The notes beneath the pieces were generated by a model that worked only from the letters and a program-made list of their open reading frames with translations, made no database searches and had not been told where the DNA came from. Positions 10,812 through 20,582 of a stretch of 64,000 nucleotides of DNA are shown here, piece after piece. The translations under genes were made by a program, and so were the position numbers. Origin of the DNA: an uncultured Candidatus Binatia bacterium. Its GTDB lineage: Bacteria; Desulfobacterota; Binatia; UBA9968; JAJDTQ01. The stretch spans positions 1,088,001-1,152,000 of the forward strand of contig OZ244070.1 in assembly GCA_965215605.1 (NCBI GenBank). Reading direction: 5' to 3'. Within the stretch, counting starts at the first letter, position 1. The number at the start of each line of letters is the position of its first letter.

Positions 10812-12320
10812 TTACGCCCCTTGCCAAGGGGTCGGCTCCACTTCCTCCTCACCCTCCGCGGGGGCGGGCTCCTCGGCGACTTCGCCGGCCGCCGGCTCCG
10901 GCTCGGACGCCGTATCCTCACCCTCGGACGCCGCATCCGCGGCCTCACTGACGGTTTCGCCGGCGTCGCTCGCGCCTTCCTCGGCCCCGGCGGCCGCCGA
11001 CTCCTCCGCTTCGGCCGCTGCTTCCGCGGCCGCTCGTTCCGCTTCGGCCGCCTGTTCCGCCTCGAGCGCCAATCGTTCGCGCTCTTCCTCCACGTGCCTG
11101 GCGCTCGCGTCCAGAATGACGAGGGCCTTCTCGAGCTCGATCCCGGTGATCTCGTTGATGGTCGCCGCCTCGGCCTCGGACAGATCTTCGGCCGACTTGA
11201 ACCCCGACTGATAGAGCAACTCGGCCATCACCTCGCTGACACCCGGGACCGCCGCCAACGACTGCCTCGCCTGCCGGCTTTCCTCTTCGGCCTCGGACTC
11301 GCTGCGGGCGTCGATGCCCCAGCCGGTGAGGCGCGACGCCAGCCTGACGTTCTGTCCCTTGCGTCCGATGGCCAGCGAGAGCTGCTCGTCCGGCACGATC
11401 ACCTCCATGCTGTGGGCGTCGTCGTCCAGCAGGATCTTCGTGACCTTGGCCGGCGCCAGCGCGCGGCAGACGTACTCGGCCTGCTCCGGTATCCAGTGGA
11501 CGATGTCGATCTTCTCGCCGCGCAACTCCTGCACCACGGACTGGACCCGGGTCCCCTTCATGCCCACGCACGCGCCCACCGGATCCACATCGGCGTCGTG
11601 GGAGGTCACGGCGATCTTGGCCCGGCCGCCGGGCTCCCGGGCGGCGCCCTTGACCTCGACGATCCCTTCGTAGATCTCGGGGACCTCCTGCTCGAACAGC
11701 TTGATCAGCATCCCCGGATGGGTCCGGGAAAGCACGATCTGGGGTCCCCGGCTGGTCATCTCCACGCTCACGATGTAGGCACGGATCCGGTCGCTCTGCC
11801 GGTACCGTTCCCGCGGCACCTGCTCCTTCTCCGGAAGGATCGCGTTGGTCCGTCCCAGGTTCACGATGATGTTGTTCTTCTCGAAACGCTGCACGATGCC
11901 GTGCACCAGCTCGCCCTGACGGTCCTTGAACTCGTTGAAGATGATCTCGCGCTCGACGTCCCGCACCCGCTGCACGATGTTCTGCTTGGCCGCCTGCGCC
12001 GCGATCCGGCCGAACACCGAGGAGTCCATCTTCATGAGCAGTTCGTCGCCCAGCTCCACATCCGGGTCCAGGGTCTCCCGCGCGTCCTCCAGATCGATCT
12101 CGGTGTCGGGGTCCGCGACGTCGTCCACCACCACCTTGGCCTCGAACAGCTCGATCTCGCCGATTTCGGGATTGTACTGCGCCTCGAAGCTCCTCTCCGC
12201 GCCGAACGTCTTCTTGGCCGCCGACACCATGGCGGACTCGATGGCCTCGACCAGGATCTCCCTGTCGATGCCCTTTTCCTTGGTCACCTGCTCGATGACC
12301 CGATTAAGATCCTGTTGCAT
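10812..12320 (-). CDS. nusA: Transcription termination/antitermination factor NusA with acidic C-terminal extension
   Basis: FGRIAAQAAKQ, AREPGGRAKIAV, ACVGMKGTRV, SLAIGRKGQNVRLA. Confidence 0.97.
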   Translation of the reverse strand: MQQDLNRVIEQVTKEKGIDREILVEAIESAMVSAAKKTFGAERSFEAQYNPEIGEIELFEAKVVVDDVADPDTEIDLEDARETLDPDVELGDELLMKMDSSVFGRIAAQAAKQNIVQRVRDVEREIIFNEFKDRQGELVHGIVQRFEKNNIIVNLGRTNAILPEKEQVPRERYRQSDRIRAYIVSVEMTSRGPQIVLSRTHPGMLIKLFEQEVPEIYEGIVEVKGAAREPGGRAKIAVTSHDADVDPVGACVGMKGTRVQSVVQELRGEKIDIVHWIPEQAEYVCRALAPAKVTKILLDDDAHSMEVIVPDEQLSLAIGRKGQNVRLASRLTGWGIDARSESEAEEESRQARQSLAAVPGVSEVMAELLYQSGFKSAEDLSEAEAATINEITGIELEKALVILDASARHVEEERERLALEAEQAAEAERAAAEAAAEAEESAAAGAEEGASDAGETVSEAADAASEGEDTASEPEPAAGEVAEEPAPAEGEEEVEPTPWQGA

Positions 12321-12341
12321 CTTTCTCCCCCAACTCCGGCA

Positions 12342-12833
12342 TCAGGGTGACACCCACTCGTACTCGACGTTGGCCTTGACGATGACACCGAACGGGATGA
12401 ACACTTCACAACCGTCCTGCACCACCACGACGCCGTCGCCGGCTGCGCCGTGGAGAGGTCCCAGGAAGTTCTTCCGGCCGTTGATCAACTCGCCGGTACG
12501 AACCCGTACCGTTCGACCGACGCACCGGGCGAAGTGCTCCGGTTTCCTGAGCGGACGATTGACACCCGGAGAGGACACCTCCAGGGTATAGGCGCCGTCA
12601 ACGACATCGTGGACATCCAGAATGTCGCTCAACTCCCGGCTGACCCGGCTCAGCTCGGCAAGGCCCGGGGCGTCGAGATCTTCCTGTTTCTCGACCTTGT
12701 CCAGATAAACGCGCAACACGCGGCCCGATCTTCCCTCGTGCCGGAGCTCGATGTCCACCACCTCCAACTCCTCACCGGCGGCCAACGGATCAACGATCTC
12801 CCAGAGACGATCCAGTGTCTCGCTTGTCGCCAT
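12342..12833 (-). CDS. rimP: Ribosome maturation factor RimP
   Basis: LRVYLDK, YTLEVSSPGVNRPL; start MATSETL with GAGG RBS. Confidence 0.94.
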   Translation of the reverse strand: MATSETLDRLWEIVDPLAAGEELEVVDIELRHEGRSGRVLRVYLDKVEKQEDLDAPGLAELSRVSRELSDILDVHDVVDGAYTLEVSSPGVNRPLRKPEHFARCVGRTVRVRTGELINGRKNFLGPLHGAAGDGVVVVQDGCEVFIPFGVIVKANVEYEWVSP

Positions 12834-12843
12834 CGGCACCTCA

Positions 12844-12870
12844 AATAAAAAAGCGGGCAAGCTGCCCACC
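12844..12870 (-). promoter_or_regulatory. rimP leader terminator-like hairpin
   Basis: Minus strand GTGGGCAGCTTGCCCGCTTTTTTATTT: stem-loop plus U-tract just upstream of the rimP RBS, as seen in leaders of rimP-nusA-infB operons. Confidence 0.6.
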
Positions 12871-13003
12871 GATGATTATCCTTTTACACATTGACGCCCC
12901 CGAATGCAAGTTCGATGCCGGCGTCGAAACGTCCCGCCAGGGGGCCGGCCGCCGGTTGCCCCCCAAGGGCGAACTCGCTATCATCTCGTCTGTGTAACCG
13001 TCC

Positions 13004-14125
13004 ATGTTCAACCCGCAACCCATGCTCACCACACCGCATCCAGGCGGTGTTCCCGCGACAGCCTCCTGGCAGGACGTTCTCACCAGCCTGGAGGACGCCG
13101 TCATGGTGGTGGATACCTCACGCGGCGTCGCTTTCGTGAATCAGGCCGCCGAGACCCTTACCGGGCTGTCCGCGCAGACCATGCTGAAGCGCGATTCCGG
13201 CGACCTCTTTCACGCCAACGGCTGGCTGCTGGCGCTGATCGACAAGAGTCTCGGGCCGGACGAGAGCACCAGCCACGCGGAGAACAACTTCGTCCGGCGG
13301 CGGGGGCGGCGCGTGCCCGTGAGCGCCCTCGTTTCGCCCCTCCGGGACCAGGACGGAGGGGTCGCGGGGAGCGTCCTGCTGCTGCGGGACCGGACCCTGC
13401 GGCAGGCCATGGAGGAAGACCTGCGGCGGTCCGACCGGCTGGCGCTTCTGGGCAAGCTGGCAGCGGGGCTCGCCCACGAGATCAAGAACCCCCTGGGCGG
13501 CATCAAGGGAGCGGCCCAGCTCATTCGCGCCGAGGTGGGCCACGACCCCTCGCTGCTGGAAAACACCGACATCATGATCCGCGAAGTGGACCGCGTGAAT
13601 CAACTGCTCGACCAGCTTCTGGACCTAGCCCGTCCGGCGGGGCTCCAGGTGGAGCCGTTGAACGTGCACGAGTTGCTGGAGCACGTCCTGGGCCTCGAGG
13701 TCCATACGGCCGCCGCCGCCAAGGTGCGCATCCGGCGCTCCTTCGACCCCAGCCTGCCCTCCATCATGGGCGACCGCGGCCGGCTGATCCAGGTGTTCCT
13801 CAACCTGGTGGAGAACGCGCTGCAGGCCCGCCCCACCTGCATGACCGTGGCCACACGCATCGAGACGGACTTCTCCTTGCGCACGGACCGCTCCAATACC
13901 ACCAGGTTCGTCACGGTGGACATCCGTGACGACGGCACGGGGATCGACGAGGGGGACTTACCCGACATCTTCGCGCCCTTCTTCACCAGGAAACGCCGCG
14001 GGACCGGTCTCGGGCTCGCCATTTGCGACCGCAACGTCAAGGAACACGGCGGCCGGCTGGGAGTGGAAAGCCGCCTGGGCGAGGGGTCGGTGTTCAAGGT
14101 CTCCCTGCCCGCCCAACAGAGTTAG
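13004..14125 (+). CDS. PAS-domain sensor histidine kinase, NtrB-like
   Basis: PAS region, AHEIKNPLGGIKGAAQL H-box (NtrB type), NLVENA, DDGTGI, GTGLGL; no TM segments. Confidence 0.88.
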   Translation: MFNPQPMLTTPHPGGVPATASWQDVLTSLEDAVMVVDTSRGVAFVNQAAETLTGLSAQTMLKRDSGDLFHANGWLLALIDKSLGPDESTSHAENNFVRRRGRRVPVSALVSPLRDQDGGVAGSVLLLRDRTLRQAMEEDLRRSDRLALLGKLAAGLAHEIKNPLGGIKGAAQLIRAEVGHDPSLLENTDIMIREVDRVNQLLDQLLDLARPAGLQVEPLNVHELLEHVLGLEVHTAAAAKVRIRRSFDPSLPSIMGDRGRLIQVFLNLVENALQARPTCMTVATRIETDFSLRTDRSNTTRFVTVDIRDDGTGIDEGDLPDIFAPFFTRKRRGTGLGLAICDRNVKEHGGRLGVESRLGEGSVFKVSLPAQQS

Positions 14126-14130
14126 CCGTC

Positions 14131-15603
14131 ATGGAACAAGGCCGTATCCTGCTGGTGGAAGACGATGAGTCCCTGAGCCGGGTGCTGCGGAAGGCGCTGG
14201 AGGGCCAGGGATACTGGGTGGCCGCCTCCGCCACGGGAGCGGAGGCGCGGCAGCTCCTGGAGGAGTCCGGGACCACCGCCACCGCCGGGCCGCGTCCGGG
14301 CTTCGACGCCGTGCTGCTGGACATCGGCCTCCCGGATATCGAGGGGCTGGCGCTCCTCGACTTCGCCAAGGAGTCCGGCCTGCAAACGCCATTCATCGTC
14401 ATGACCGCGCAGAACACCATGCGCAACGCCATCGACGCCATGAAGACCGGCGCCTTCGACTATCTCACCAAGCCCTTCGACCTCGACGTCCTGATGGTGG
14501 TGGTGGAACGGGCGCTGGACCGGCGCCAGCTCATCCGGGAGCTCAGCGACCTCAAGAAGGAGGTCAAGAAGAAGTACGAGCCCGGGGTCGACATGATCGG
14601 CACCAGCGCGGCCATGCAGCAGGTCTTCAAGACCATCGGCCAGGTGGCGGGAACCGACACCACCATCCTGATCCAGGGAGAGAGCGGAACCGGCAAGGAG
14701 CTGGTGGCCAAGACCCTTCACTACAACTCCGCCCGCTGGGACAAACCCTTCCTGCCGCTAAACTGCGCTGCCATTCCCAGGGACCTGCTCGAGTCCGAGC
14801 TGTTCGGCCACGAGAAGGGCGCGTTCACCGGCGCCCTGGAACGGCATCTCGGCACCTTCGAGCTGGCCCAGGGGGGGACCTTGTTCCTCGACGAGATCGG
14901 CGAGCTGCCGCCGGAGCTTCAGAGCAAGCTGCTGCGGGTGCTGCAGGACGGCTCCTACCGGCGGGTGGGCGGCAAGGACATGCTCCGGTCGGATGCCCGC
15001 CTGCTGGCGGCGACCAACCAGGATCTGGAAAAGGCGGTCCAGGAGAACCGGTTCCGGGACGATCTCTACTTCCGCATCAATGTCATACCGCTGCGGATCC
15101 CTCCCCTGCGGGACCGCCGTTCCGACCTGCCGGCCTTGATCGACTTCTTCGTCGCCAAGGTCAACAACGACATGGGGACGCAGGTGTCGGGCGTCTCACC
15201 GGATGCATTGAAGGACCTCCAGGAATACGACTGGCCCGGCAACGTGCGGGAGCTGGAGAACGCCATCATCCGCGCGGCGGTACTGTCCCCGGGGCCGATC
15301 CTGTCGTCCAGGGACTTCGTCCTGTCGACCTCCGAGCCGCCGCCGTCCAACGACTATGACAGCCTGTCGCTGGAGGATGTGGTGCGGGGGAAGCTCGAGG
15401 ACTATTTCCGGCGCACCCGTGGAGTCCAGGTGGAGAATCTCCATTCCGTGATCATGGAACGGGTGGAACGGCCCCTCATCGAGTTGAGCCTGCAGGCCAC
15501 CCGCGGCAACCAGATCCGCGCCGCTCAACTTCTCGGCATCAATCGCAACACGTTGCGCAAGAAGATCACCGACCTCCGCATCACCGTCAAGCGGGAGCCA
15601 TGA
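14131..15603 (+). CDS. Sigma-54-dependent response regulator, NtrC-like
   Basis: Receiver domain, [33 protein letters not shown], Fis-type [23 protein letters not shown]. Confidence 0.92.
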   Translation: MEQGRILLVEDDESLSRVLRKALEGQGYWVAASATGAEARQLLEESGTTATAGPRPGFDAVLLDIGLPDIEGLALLDFAKESGLQTPFIVMTAQNTMRNAIDAMKTGAFDYLTKPFDLDVLMVVVERALDRRQLIRELSDLKKEVKKKYEPGVDMIGTSAAMQQVFKTIGQVAGTDTTILIQGESGTGKELVAKTLHYNSARWDKPFLPLNCAAIPRDLLESELFGHEKGAFTGALERHLGTFELAQGGTLFLDEIGELPPELQSKLLRVLQDGSYRRVGGKDMLRSDARLLAATNQDLEKAVQENRFRDDLYFRINVIPLRIPPLRDRRSDLPALIDFFVAKVNNDMGTQVSGVSPDALKDLQEYDWPGNVRELENAIIRAAVLSPGPILSSRDFVLSTSEPPPSNDYDSLSLEDVVRGKLEDYFRRTRGVQVENLHSVIMERVERPLIELSLQATRGNQIRAAQLLGINRNTLRKKITDLRITVKREP

Positions 15604-16220
15604 GCTGTCTGCCGTCACGGTTGTACGCCATCGTGGACAGCGCTCAGACCGGAGGACGTCCGTTGGCCCCGGTGATCGACGCCATGCTGGCCGGAGGCGT
15701 CTCGGTGCTCCAGTTGAGGGTGAAGGACCGGCCGGCGGACGAGTTCCTGCGCATGGCCCTGACGGCGCGGGAGCAAACCGCCCGCGCGGGTTGTCTCTTC
15801 ATCGTCAACGACCGGGTGGACATCGCCCTGGCCGTCCAGGCCGACGGCGTGCACCTGGGACAGGAGGACCTGCCGCTGGATGCGGCGCGGCCCCTGGTGG
15901 GCGACAAGCTCATCGGCATCTCCACCCACAGCCTGGAACAGGCGGAAGCGGCGGAGCGGGGCGGAGCGGACTACATCGGTTTCGGCCCGATGTTCCCCAC
16001 CCGCACCAAGGAAACCGGCTACGCGTCCCGGGGACCCTCGATGCTCGAGTCCGTGCGCGCGCGGGTGGGGATCCCCATCGTCGCCATCGGCGGCATCACC
16101 GCGGAAAACGTCGCGCAGACATGGAAGAGCGGAGCCGACGCCGCCGCCATGATCAGCTACCTGACACGGGACGGCGACGTGGAGGCGCGGGTGCGGAGCG
16201 TTCTCGATCGACGGTCCTAG
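15600..16220 (+). CDS. thiE: Thiamine phosphate synthase
   Basis: QLRVK, FIVNDRVD, GVHLGQED, GISTH, FPTRTK, VAIGGI. Confidence 0.93.
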   Translation: MSCLPSRLYAIVDSAQTGGRPLAPVIDAMLAGGVSVLQLRVKDRPADEFLRMALTAREQTARAGCLFIVNDRVDIALAVQADGVHLGQEDLPLDAARPLVGDKLIGISTHSLEQAEAAERGGADYIGFGPMFPTRTKETGYASRGPSMLESVRARVGIPIVAIGGITAENVAQTWKSGADAAAMISYLTRDGDVEARVRSVLDRRS

Positions 16221-16235
16221 TGTCCTGTCCGGAAA

Positions 16236-17615
16236 CTAGGCGCCCTCGTACTCCTCCGAGCCCGGGTAGCCCTCGTCGTCCCGTCCGGTGTAGTCCTCGA
16301 ACCGGGTGTATTCCTTCAGGAAGGTCAGCTTGACCGTATCCACGGGTCCGTTGCGCTGTTTGGCGATGTTGATCTCGGCGACGCCCGGGTTCTTGCTGGC
16401 GTCGTAGGCCTCGTCCCTGTACACGAACATGATCACGTCGGCGTCCTGCTCGATGGCGCCGGACTCACGCAGGTCCGCCATCTGCGGATGTTTGTCGCCC
16501 CGTTCCTCCACTCGCCGGTTGAGCTGCGACAGCGCAACCACCGGAACCCGCAGTTCCTTGGCGAGGGCCTTGAGGGAGCGTGAGATCTCGGAGATCTCCT
16601 GCTCCCGGTTCGGCGAGTCCCGGTGCCCGCGCATGAGCTGCAGATAGTCGATGATCACCAGCCCGATCTTCCGGCTCCGGTCACGCAGCAGCCGCCGGGT
16701 CTTGGCGCGCACCTCCAGCACGGTGATGGCGGGGGTGTCGTCGATGTAGACCGGGGCGTCCCCCAACTGCCCGGCCGTCTTCACCAGCGCGGGGAACTCG
16801 TGCTCCCGGAGATAGCCGGTGCGGAGCCGGGAGTGGTCCACGCGGGCCTCCGAACACAACATCCGCAGGACAAGCTGCTCCATCGCCATCTCGAGGGAAA
16901 AGATCGCCACGCCGATGCCCTGCAAGGCCGCGTTGACCGCGATGTTGAGCGCGAACGCGGTCTTCCCCATGGCCGGCCGCCCGGCGACGATGAGCAGGTC
17001 CGAGGGTTGGAACCCCGCGGTGAGGCGATCGAGGTCGCGATAGCCCGTGGGCACGCCGGTGACCATCTCCTTGCGGTGGTAGAGCTCGTCGACCTTCTTG
17101 ATGGTCTCGGTCATGACGTCGCCGACCCGCACGAAAGACGCGCGGATGCGGTCCTCCGAGATGTCGAAGATGGCGCGCTCGGCGTCGTCGAGGAAGCCGT
17201 CCACGTCGCCCCGCTCCTCCATCCCCCGGGTGACGATGTCGGTGGATGTCCGGATCAGGTGACGGAGAATGGCCTTCTCCCTGACGATGCGCGCGTAGTG
17301 GGCGATGTTGGCGGCGGTGGGGACCTGGCTCGCGAGCTCCGCCAGATAGGCGGAGCCGCCCACGTCCTCCAGCTCTCCCTTGGCCTTGAGATGGTCGCTC
17401 AGGGTGATGAGGTCCACCGGCTCGTTGCGGTCCCAGAGGTCCACCATGGCCCGGTAGATCTTGCGGTGCGACTCCCGGTAGAGGTCGTCGGACTTGACCA
17501 GCTCGATGACCGTGTTGATGGCCTCGTTGTCCAGCAGCACGCCGCCGAGGATCGATGCCTCCGCTTCCAGGTTCTGGGGCGGGATCTTGTGAATGCCGTC
17601 CGCCACGTCCGCCAT
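16236..17615 (-). CDS. dnaB: Replicative DNA helicase
   Basis: PPQNLEAE, GRPAMGKT, IDYLQL, SQLNR, DLRESGAIEQDAD, KQRNGP. Confidence 0.97.
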   Translation of the reverse strand: MADVADGIHKIPPQNLEAEASILGGVLLDNEAINTVIELVKSDDLYRESHRKIYRAMVDLWDRNEPVDLITLSDHLKAKGELEDVGGSAYLAELASQVPTAANIAHYARIVREKAILRHLIRTSTDIVTRGMEERGDVDGFLDDAERAIFDISEDRIRASFVRVGDVMTETIKKVDELYHRKEMVTGVPTGYRDLDRLTAGFQPSDLLIVAGRPAMGKTAFALNIAVNAALQGIGVAIFSLEMAMEQLVLRMLCSEARVDHSRLRTGYLREHEFPALVKTAGQLGDAPVYIDDTPAITVLEVRAKTRRLLRDRSRKIGLVIIDYLQLMRGHRDSPNREQEISEISRSLKALAKELRVPVVALSQLNRRVEERGDKHPQMADLRESGAIEQDADVIMFVYRDEAYDASKNPGVAEINIAKQRNGPVDTVKLTFLKEYTRFEDYTGRDDEGYPGSEEYEGA

Positions 17616-17618
17616 GGA

Positions 17619-17999
17619 TCACCCCTCGCCGACGGCTCCGGCGGGCGCCGTGCCGTGCTCCGCGGTCACCACCGTGTGGATGCCGCCGCGGACGTTGAAG
17701 TCGCCCATGATCCTCATGTACTTGGGCGAACAGGCCGCCACCAGGTCGTCGAGGATCCGGTTGACCACGTCCTCGTGAAAGGCGCCTTCGTCGCGGAACG
17801 ACCAGAGATAGAGCTTGAGGGACAGGAGCTCGATGCACCGTGGACCGGGAACGTAGCGGATCCGGATGGCGGCGAAGTCCGGTTGTCCGGTCTTGGGGCA
17901 CACGCAGGTGAACTCCGGGCATTCCATGGCCACTTCATAGTCCCGGTCCTGCCGTGGATTGGGAATGGTTTCGATCTGTCTGCTGGGTTGCGTCGGCAA
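17619..17999 (-). CDS. queF: preQ0 reductase (type I QueF)
   Basis: [34 protein letters not shown]. Confidence 0.93.
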   Translation of the reverse strand: MPTQPSRQIETIPNPRQDRDYEVAMECPEFTCVCPKTGQPDFAAIRIRYVPGPRCIELLSLKLYLWSFRDEGAFHEDVVNRILDDLVAACSPKYMRIMGDFNVRGGIHTVVTAEHGTAPAGAVGEG

Positions 18000-18067
18000 G
18001 TTGCCTACCTCTCTCTCAGCCGCGGGCGCCTTGACTTGACGCCCCCTGGACGCCAGACTGACGCCGC

Positions 18068-18316
18068 ATGAAGCTCGACATCCACGTTCCTTCCATCGAC
18101 GGCGCCGTCAGGGCCGAGATCCGATCAATCGAAGACGGCAGCTCATGGTCGGCCTACCTCGTCGTCATCGGCGGCGTCGCGCTGGCGGATGCCTGTCTGG
18201 TGCTGGCGCGCTCGGGCGCGCCGCTCCGTTTCAGCGGCGAGACGGCCGAGGCCGCCGAAACCCGGGCCAAGGAATACGTCCAGGCCCACTACCGGGTCGC
18301 GCGCATGATCTGGTGA
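18068..18316 (+). CDS. Hypothetical protein
   Basis: 82-aa ORF with genome-typical codon usage filling an intergenic gap. Confidence 0.55.
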   Translation: MKLDIHVPSIDGAVRAEIRSIEDGSSWSAYLVVIGGVALADACLVLARSGAPLRFSGETAEAAETRAKEYVQAHYRVARMIW

Positions 18317-18347
18317 ACCCGGGTGCCCGCCTGCCGCGGCGGCCCTG

Positions 18348-18560
18348 TCAGGTCAGCCGCAAGCTGTACTCCAGGACCTCGCTGAGCCTTCGTATCTTGG
18401 TGGCCCGGTCCAGGCGCTCCTCGCGGGGCGCGAGGAAATAGCGATCCAGGCTGTTCCGGAGATTCCACTCCAGCACCTCGATGCATTGCTCGGTGACGTC
18501 CCGCTCGAGCCGCCGGCGTCGCTGCTGGCGGACCTTGCCGATCTCTACGACGCGCGCCAT
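18348..18560 (-). CDS. Hypothetical small helical protein
   Basis: 70-aa ORF, protein-like composition, downstream of aguA. Confidence 0.55.
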   Translation of the reverse strand: MARVVEIGKVRQQRRRRLERDVTEQCIEVLEWNLRNSLDRYFLAPREERLDRATKIRRLSEVLEYSLRLT

Positions 18561-18600
18561 GACACAAGGGTCCCCACACTAGAAACAGAAGTGCGGCCTG

Positions 18601-19647
18601 TCAAGTCGCGGGCTGCTGCTGGGTGACGCAGTGGATGCCCCCGAGCCCGAGGATCAGCGCCCGCGCGTCGATCCCGGCCACCCGGCGGCCCGGGAACAGC
18701 GGCGCGAGCGTGTCCAGGGCGGCCCGATCTCTGGGCCCGCCGTAGAGCGGCACCAGCACCACTCCGTTGGCGACATAGAAGTTCGCGTAGCTGGCGGGAA
18801 GCCGGGCGCCGTCCGCCGTCACGGGATCGGGCTGCGGCAGCGGGACCACCCGGAGCGGACGGCCGCGCAAGTCCTCGGCGGACGCCAAACAGCGGAAATT
18901 CTCCTGGAGCGCCCGGTGGTTCGCGTCCCGGGGATCCTCTTCCACCACGCACACGACGGTATCCGTGCTCACGAAACGCGCCAGGTTGTCGATGTGTCCG
19001 TCGGTGTCGTCCCCTACCATGCCGGCAGGGAGCCACAGGACGCGCCGGAGCCCGAGGGCGGACCGCAACACCGCCTCGATGTCCTCCCGTGTCCGGCCGG
19101 GGTTGCGGTTCGGGTTCAGAAGGCACTCCTCGGTGACGAGGCAGAGGCCGGCGCCGTCGACGTCGATGGAGCCTCCCTCCAGCACGATTTCCGGAGCGAA
19201 CACCCGCAGACCCAGGGCCTCGTTGATCCGCTGCGGCACGGCGTCGTCCGCCACGTAGTCCGGGTACTTCAACCCCCAGGCGTTGAACCGCCATTCGACC
19301 AGGGCCTCGGACCCGCCCGCGGCGGTGACGAAGGTCGGCCCGTAGTCCCGGATCCACACATCGACGGTGGGGATGCGATGGAAGAGGACCCGGCGCGTAT
19401 CGACGCCGGCGCGCCCGAGACGCGCCGCCGCCGAGGTTTCGGAAGCCGCGTCGTCGACCAGCAGACGGACCCGCTCGCCGGCGGTGAGCGCCCGGATCAT
19501 CTCGATCCAGGTCTGCCGCACCCGCTCGAGGTCGTGGGGCCAGGTGTCCTGGTTGTGGGGCCACGCGAGCCACGTGGCGGCATGGGGCTCCCACTCCGCC
19601 GGCATCCGGCAACCCGCCGTCCGGGGATCCGCCAGATCGTGCCTCAC
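18601..19647 (-). CDS. aguA: Agmatine deiminase
   Basis: RMPAEWEPH, WIRDYGP, FNAWG, LEGGSI, DDTDGHID, ASYANF, GGIHCVTQQ. Confidence 0.93.
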   Translation of the reverse strand: MRHDLADPRTAGCRMPAEWEPHAATWLAWPHNQDTWPHDLERVRQTWIEMIRALTAGERVRLLVDDAASETSAAARLGRAGVDTRRVLFHRIPTVDVWIRDYGPTFVTAAGGSEALVEWRFNAWGLKYPDYVADDAVPQRINEALGLRVFAPEIVLEGGSIDVDGAGLCLVTEECLLNPNRNPGRTREDIEAVLRSALGLRRVLWLPAGMVGDDTDGHIDNLARFVSTDTVVCVVEEDPRDANHRALQENFRCLASAEDLRGRPLRVVPLPQPDPVTADGARLPASYANFYVANGVVLVPLYGGPRDRAALDTLAPLFPGRRVAGIDARALILGLGGIHCVTQQQPAT

Positions 19648-19650
19648 GAA

Positions 19651-20520
19651 TCAGTCCAGCAGTTGCCGGGTCAGGCCGCCGTAGGCGTCGACGCGCCGGT
19701 CCCGGAGAAACGGCCAGTTGTGGCGGGCTTCCGCCACGGCGTCGAGGTCGCAATCCACCAGCAGGGTTTCGGGCCGGTTCCTGCCTGCCCGGGCCAGCAC
19801 CCGGCCGGAAGGGTCGGCGGCAAAGGAGCTGCCCCAGAAGGCGATCCGTTCCTCGCGCCCCACCCGGTTGACCGCGGCCACGTAGACGCCGTTGGTCACC
19901 GCGTGGGAGCGCTGCACCAGCTCCCACGCTTCGAGCTGGGCCTGACGCGCGGCCCGGGTCTCGCCGGCGCCCCAGCCGATGGCGGTGGGGTAGAAAATGA
20001 TCTCGGCCCCGCCCAGGGCGGCCAACCGCGCCGCTTCCGGAAACCACTGGTCCCAGCAGATAAGCACGCCCACATGGGCGTAGCGGGTGCGGAAGGTCCG
20101 GAAACCCAGGTCGCCGGGGGTGAAATAGAACTTCTCGTGGAAACCCGGATCATCCGGTATGTGCATCTTGCGGTACTTGCCCAGGATCGCTCCGTCCGCG
20201 TCGATGACCACCGCGGTGTTGTGATAGACGCCCGGCGCCCGGGCCTCGAACACGGAGGCCACGATGACGACCTCCAGTTCCCGCGCCAGGGGACAGAAAC
20301 GCTCGGTGGTGGGTCCGGGGACGGATTCCGCCAGGGAAAAGGCCTCCGTCTCCTCGGACTGCGGGAAATACCGGGAACGGAACAGCTCCTGGACGCAGAC
20401 GATCCTGGCGCCGGCCTGGGCGGCGAGCCGGATACGCCGCGCGGCGGCGGCGAGGTTGCGGTCCGGGGCCGGAGCCGCCCTGGACTGCAGTAGACCCAGG
20501 GTGACGTGGCGGTTGGTCAT
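19651..20520 (-). CDS. aguB: N-carbamoylputrescine amidase (carbon-nitrogen hydrolase)
   Basis: QELF, YRKMHIPDDP, EKFYF, ICWDQWFPEAAR, YPTAIG; adjacent to aguA; start MTNRHV. Confidence 0.9.
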   Translation of the reverse strand: MTNRHVTLGLLQSRAAPAPDRNLAAAARRIRLAAQAGARIVCVQELFRSRYFPQSEETEAFSLAESVPGPTTERFCPLARELEVVIVASVFEARAPGVYHNTAVVIDADGAILGKYRKMHIPDDPGFHEKFYFTPGDLGFRTFRTRYAHVGVLICWDQWFPEAARLAALGGAEIIFYPTAIGWGAGETRAARQAQLEAWELVQRSHAVTNGVYVAAVNRVGREERIAFWGSSFAADPSGRVLARAGRNRPETLLVDCDLDAVAEARHNWPFLRDRRVDAYGGLTRQLLD

Positions 20521-20582
20521 GGGGATCACGGCGCCGGCGCTCCGCTCGCGAAGTTTCGCGGGAGTTGCGGGGCCGGGGCCGC

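Noticed and set aside
12871-13003. tRNA or ncRNA in the rimP-kinase intergenic region (contains GTTCGA)
   Set aside because: No cloverleaf with acceptor, D and anticodon arms could be built
16236-17615. Intein in dnaB
   Set aside because: 459 aa is normal length, with no insertion or intein motifs
18000-18067. preQ1 riboswitch upstream of queF
   Set aside because: No recognisable preQ1 aptamer or A-rich tail
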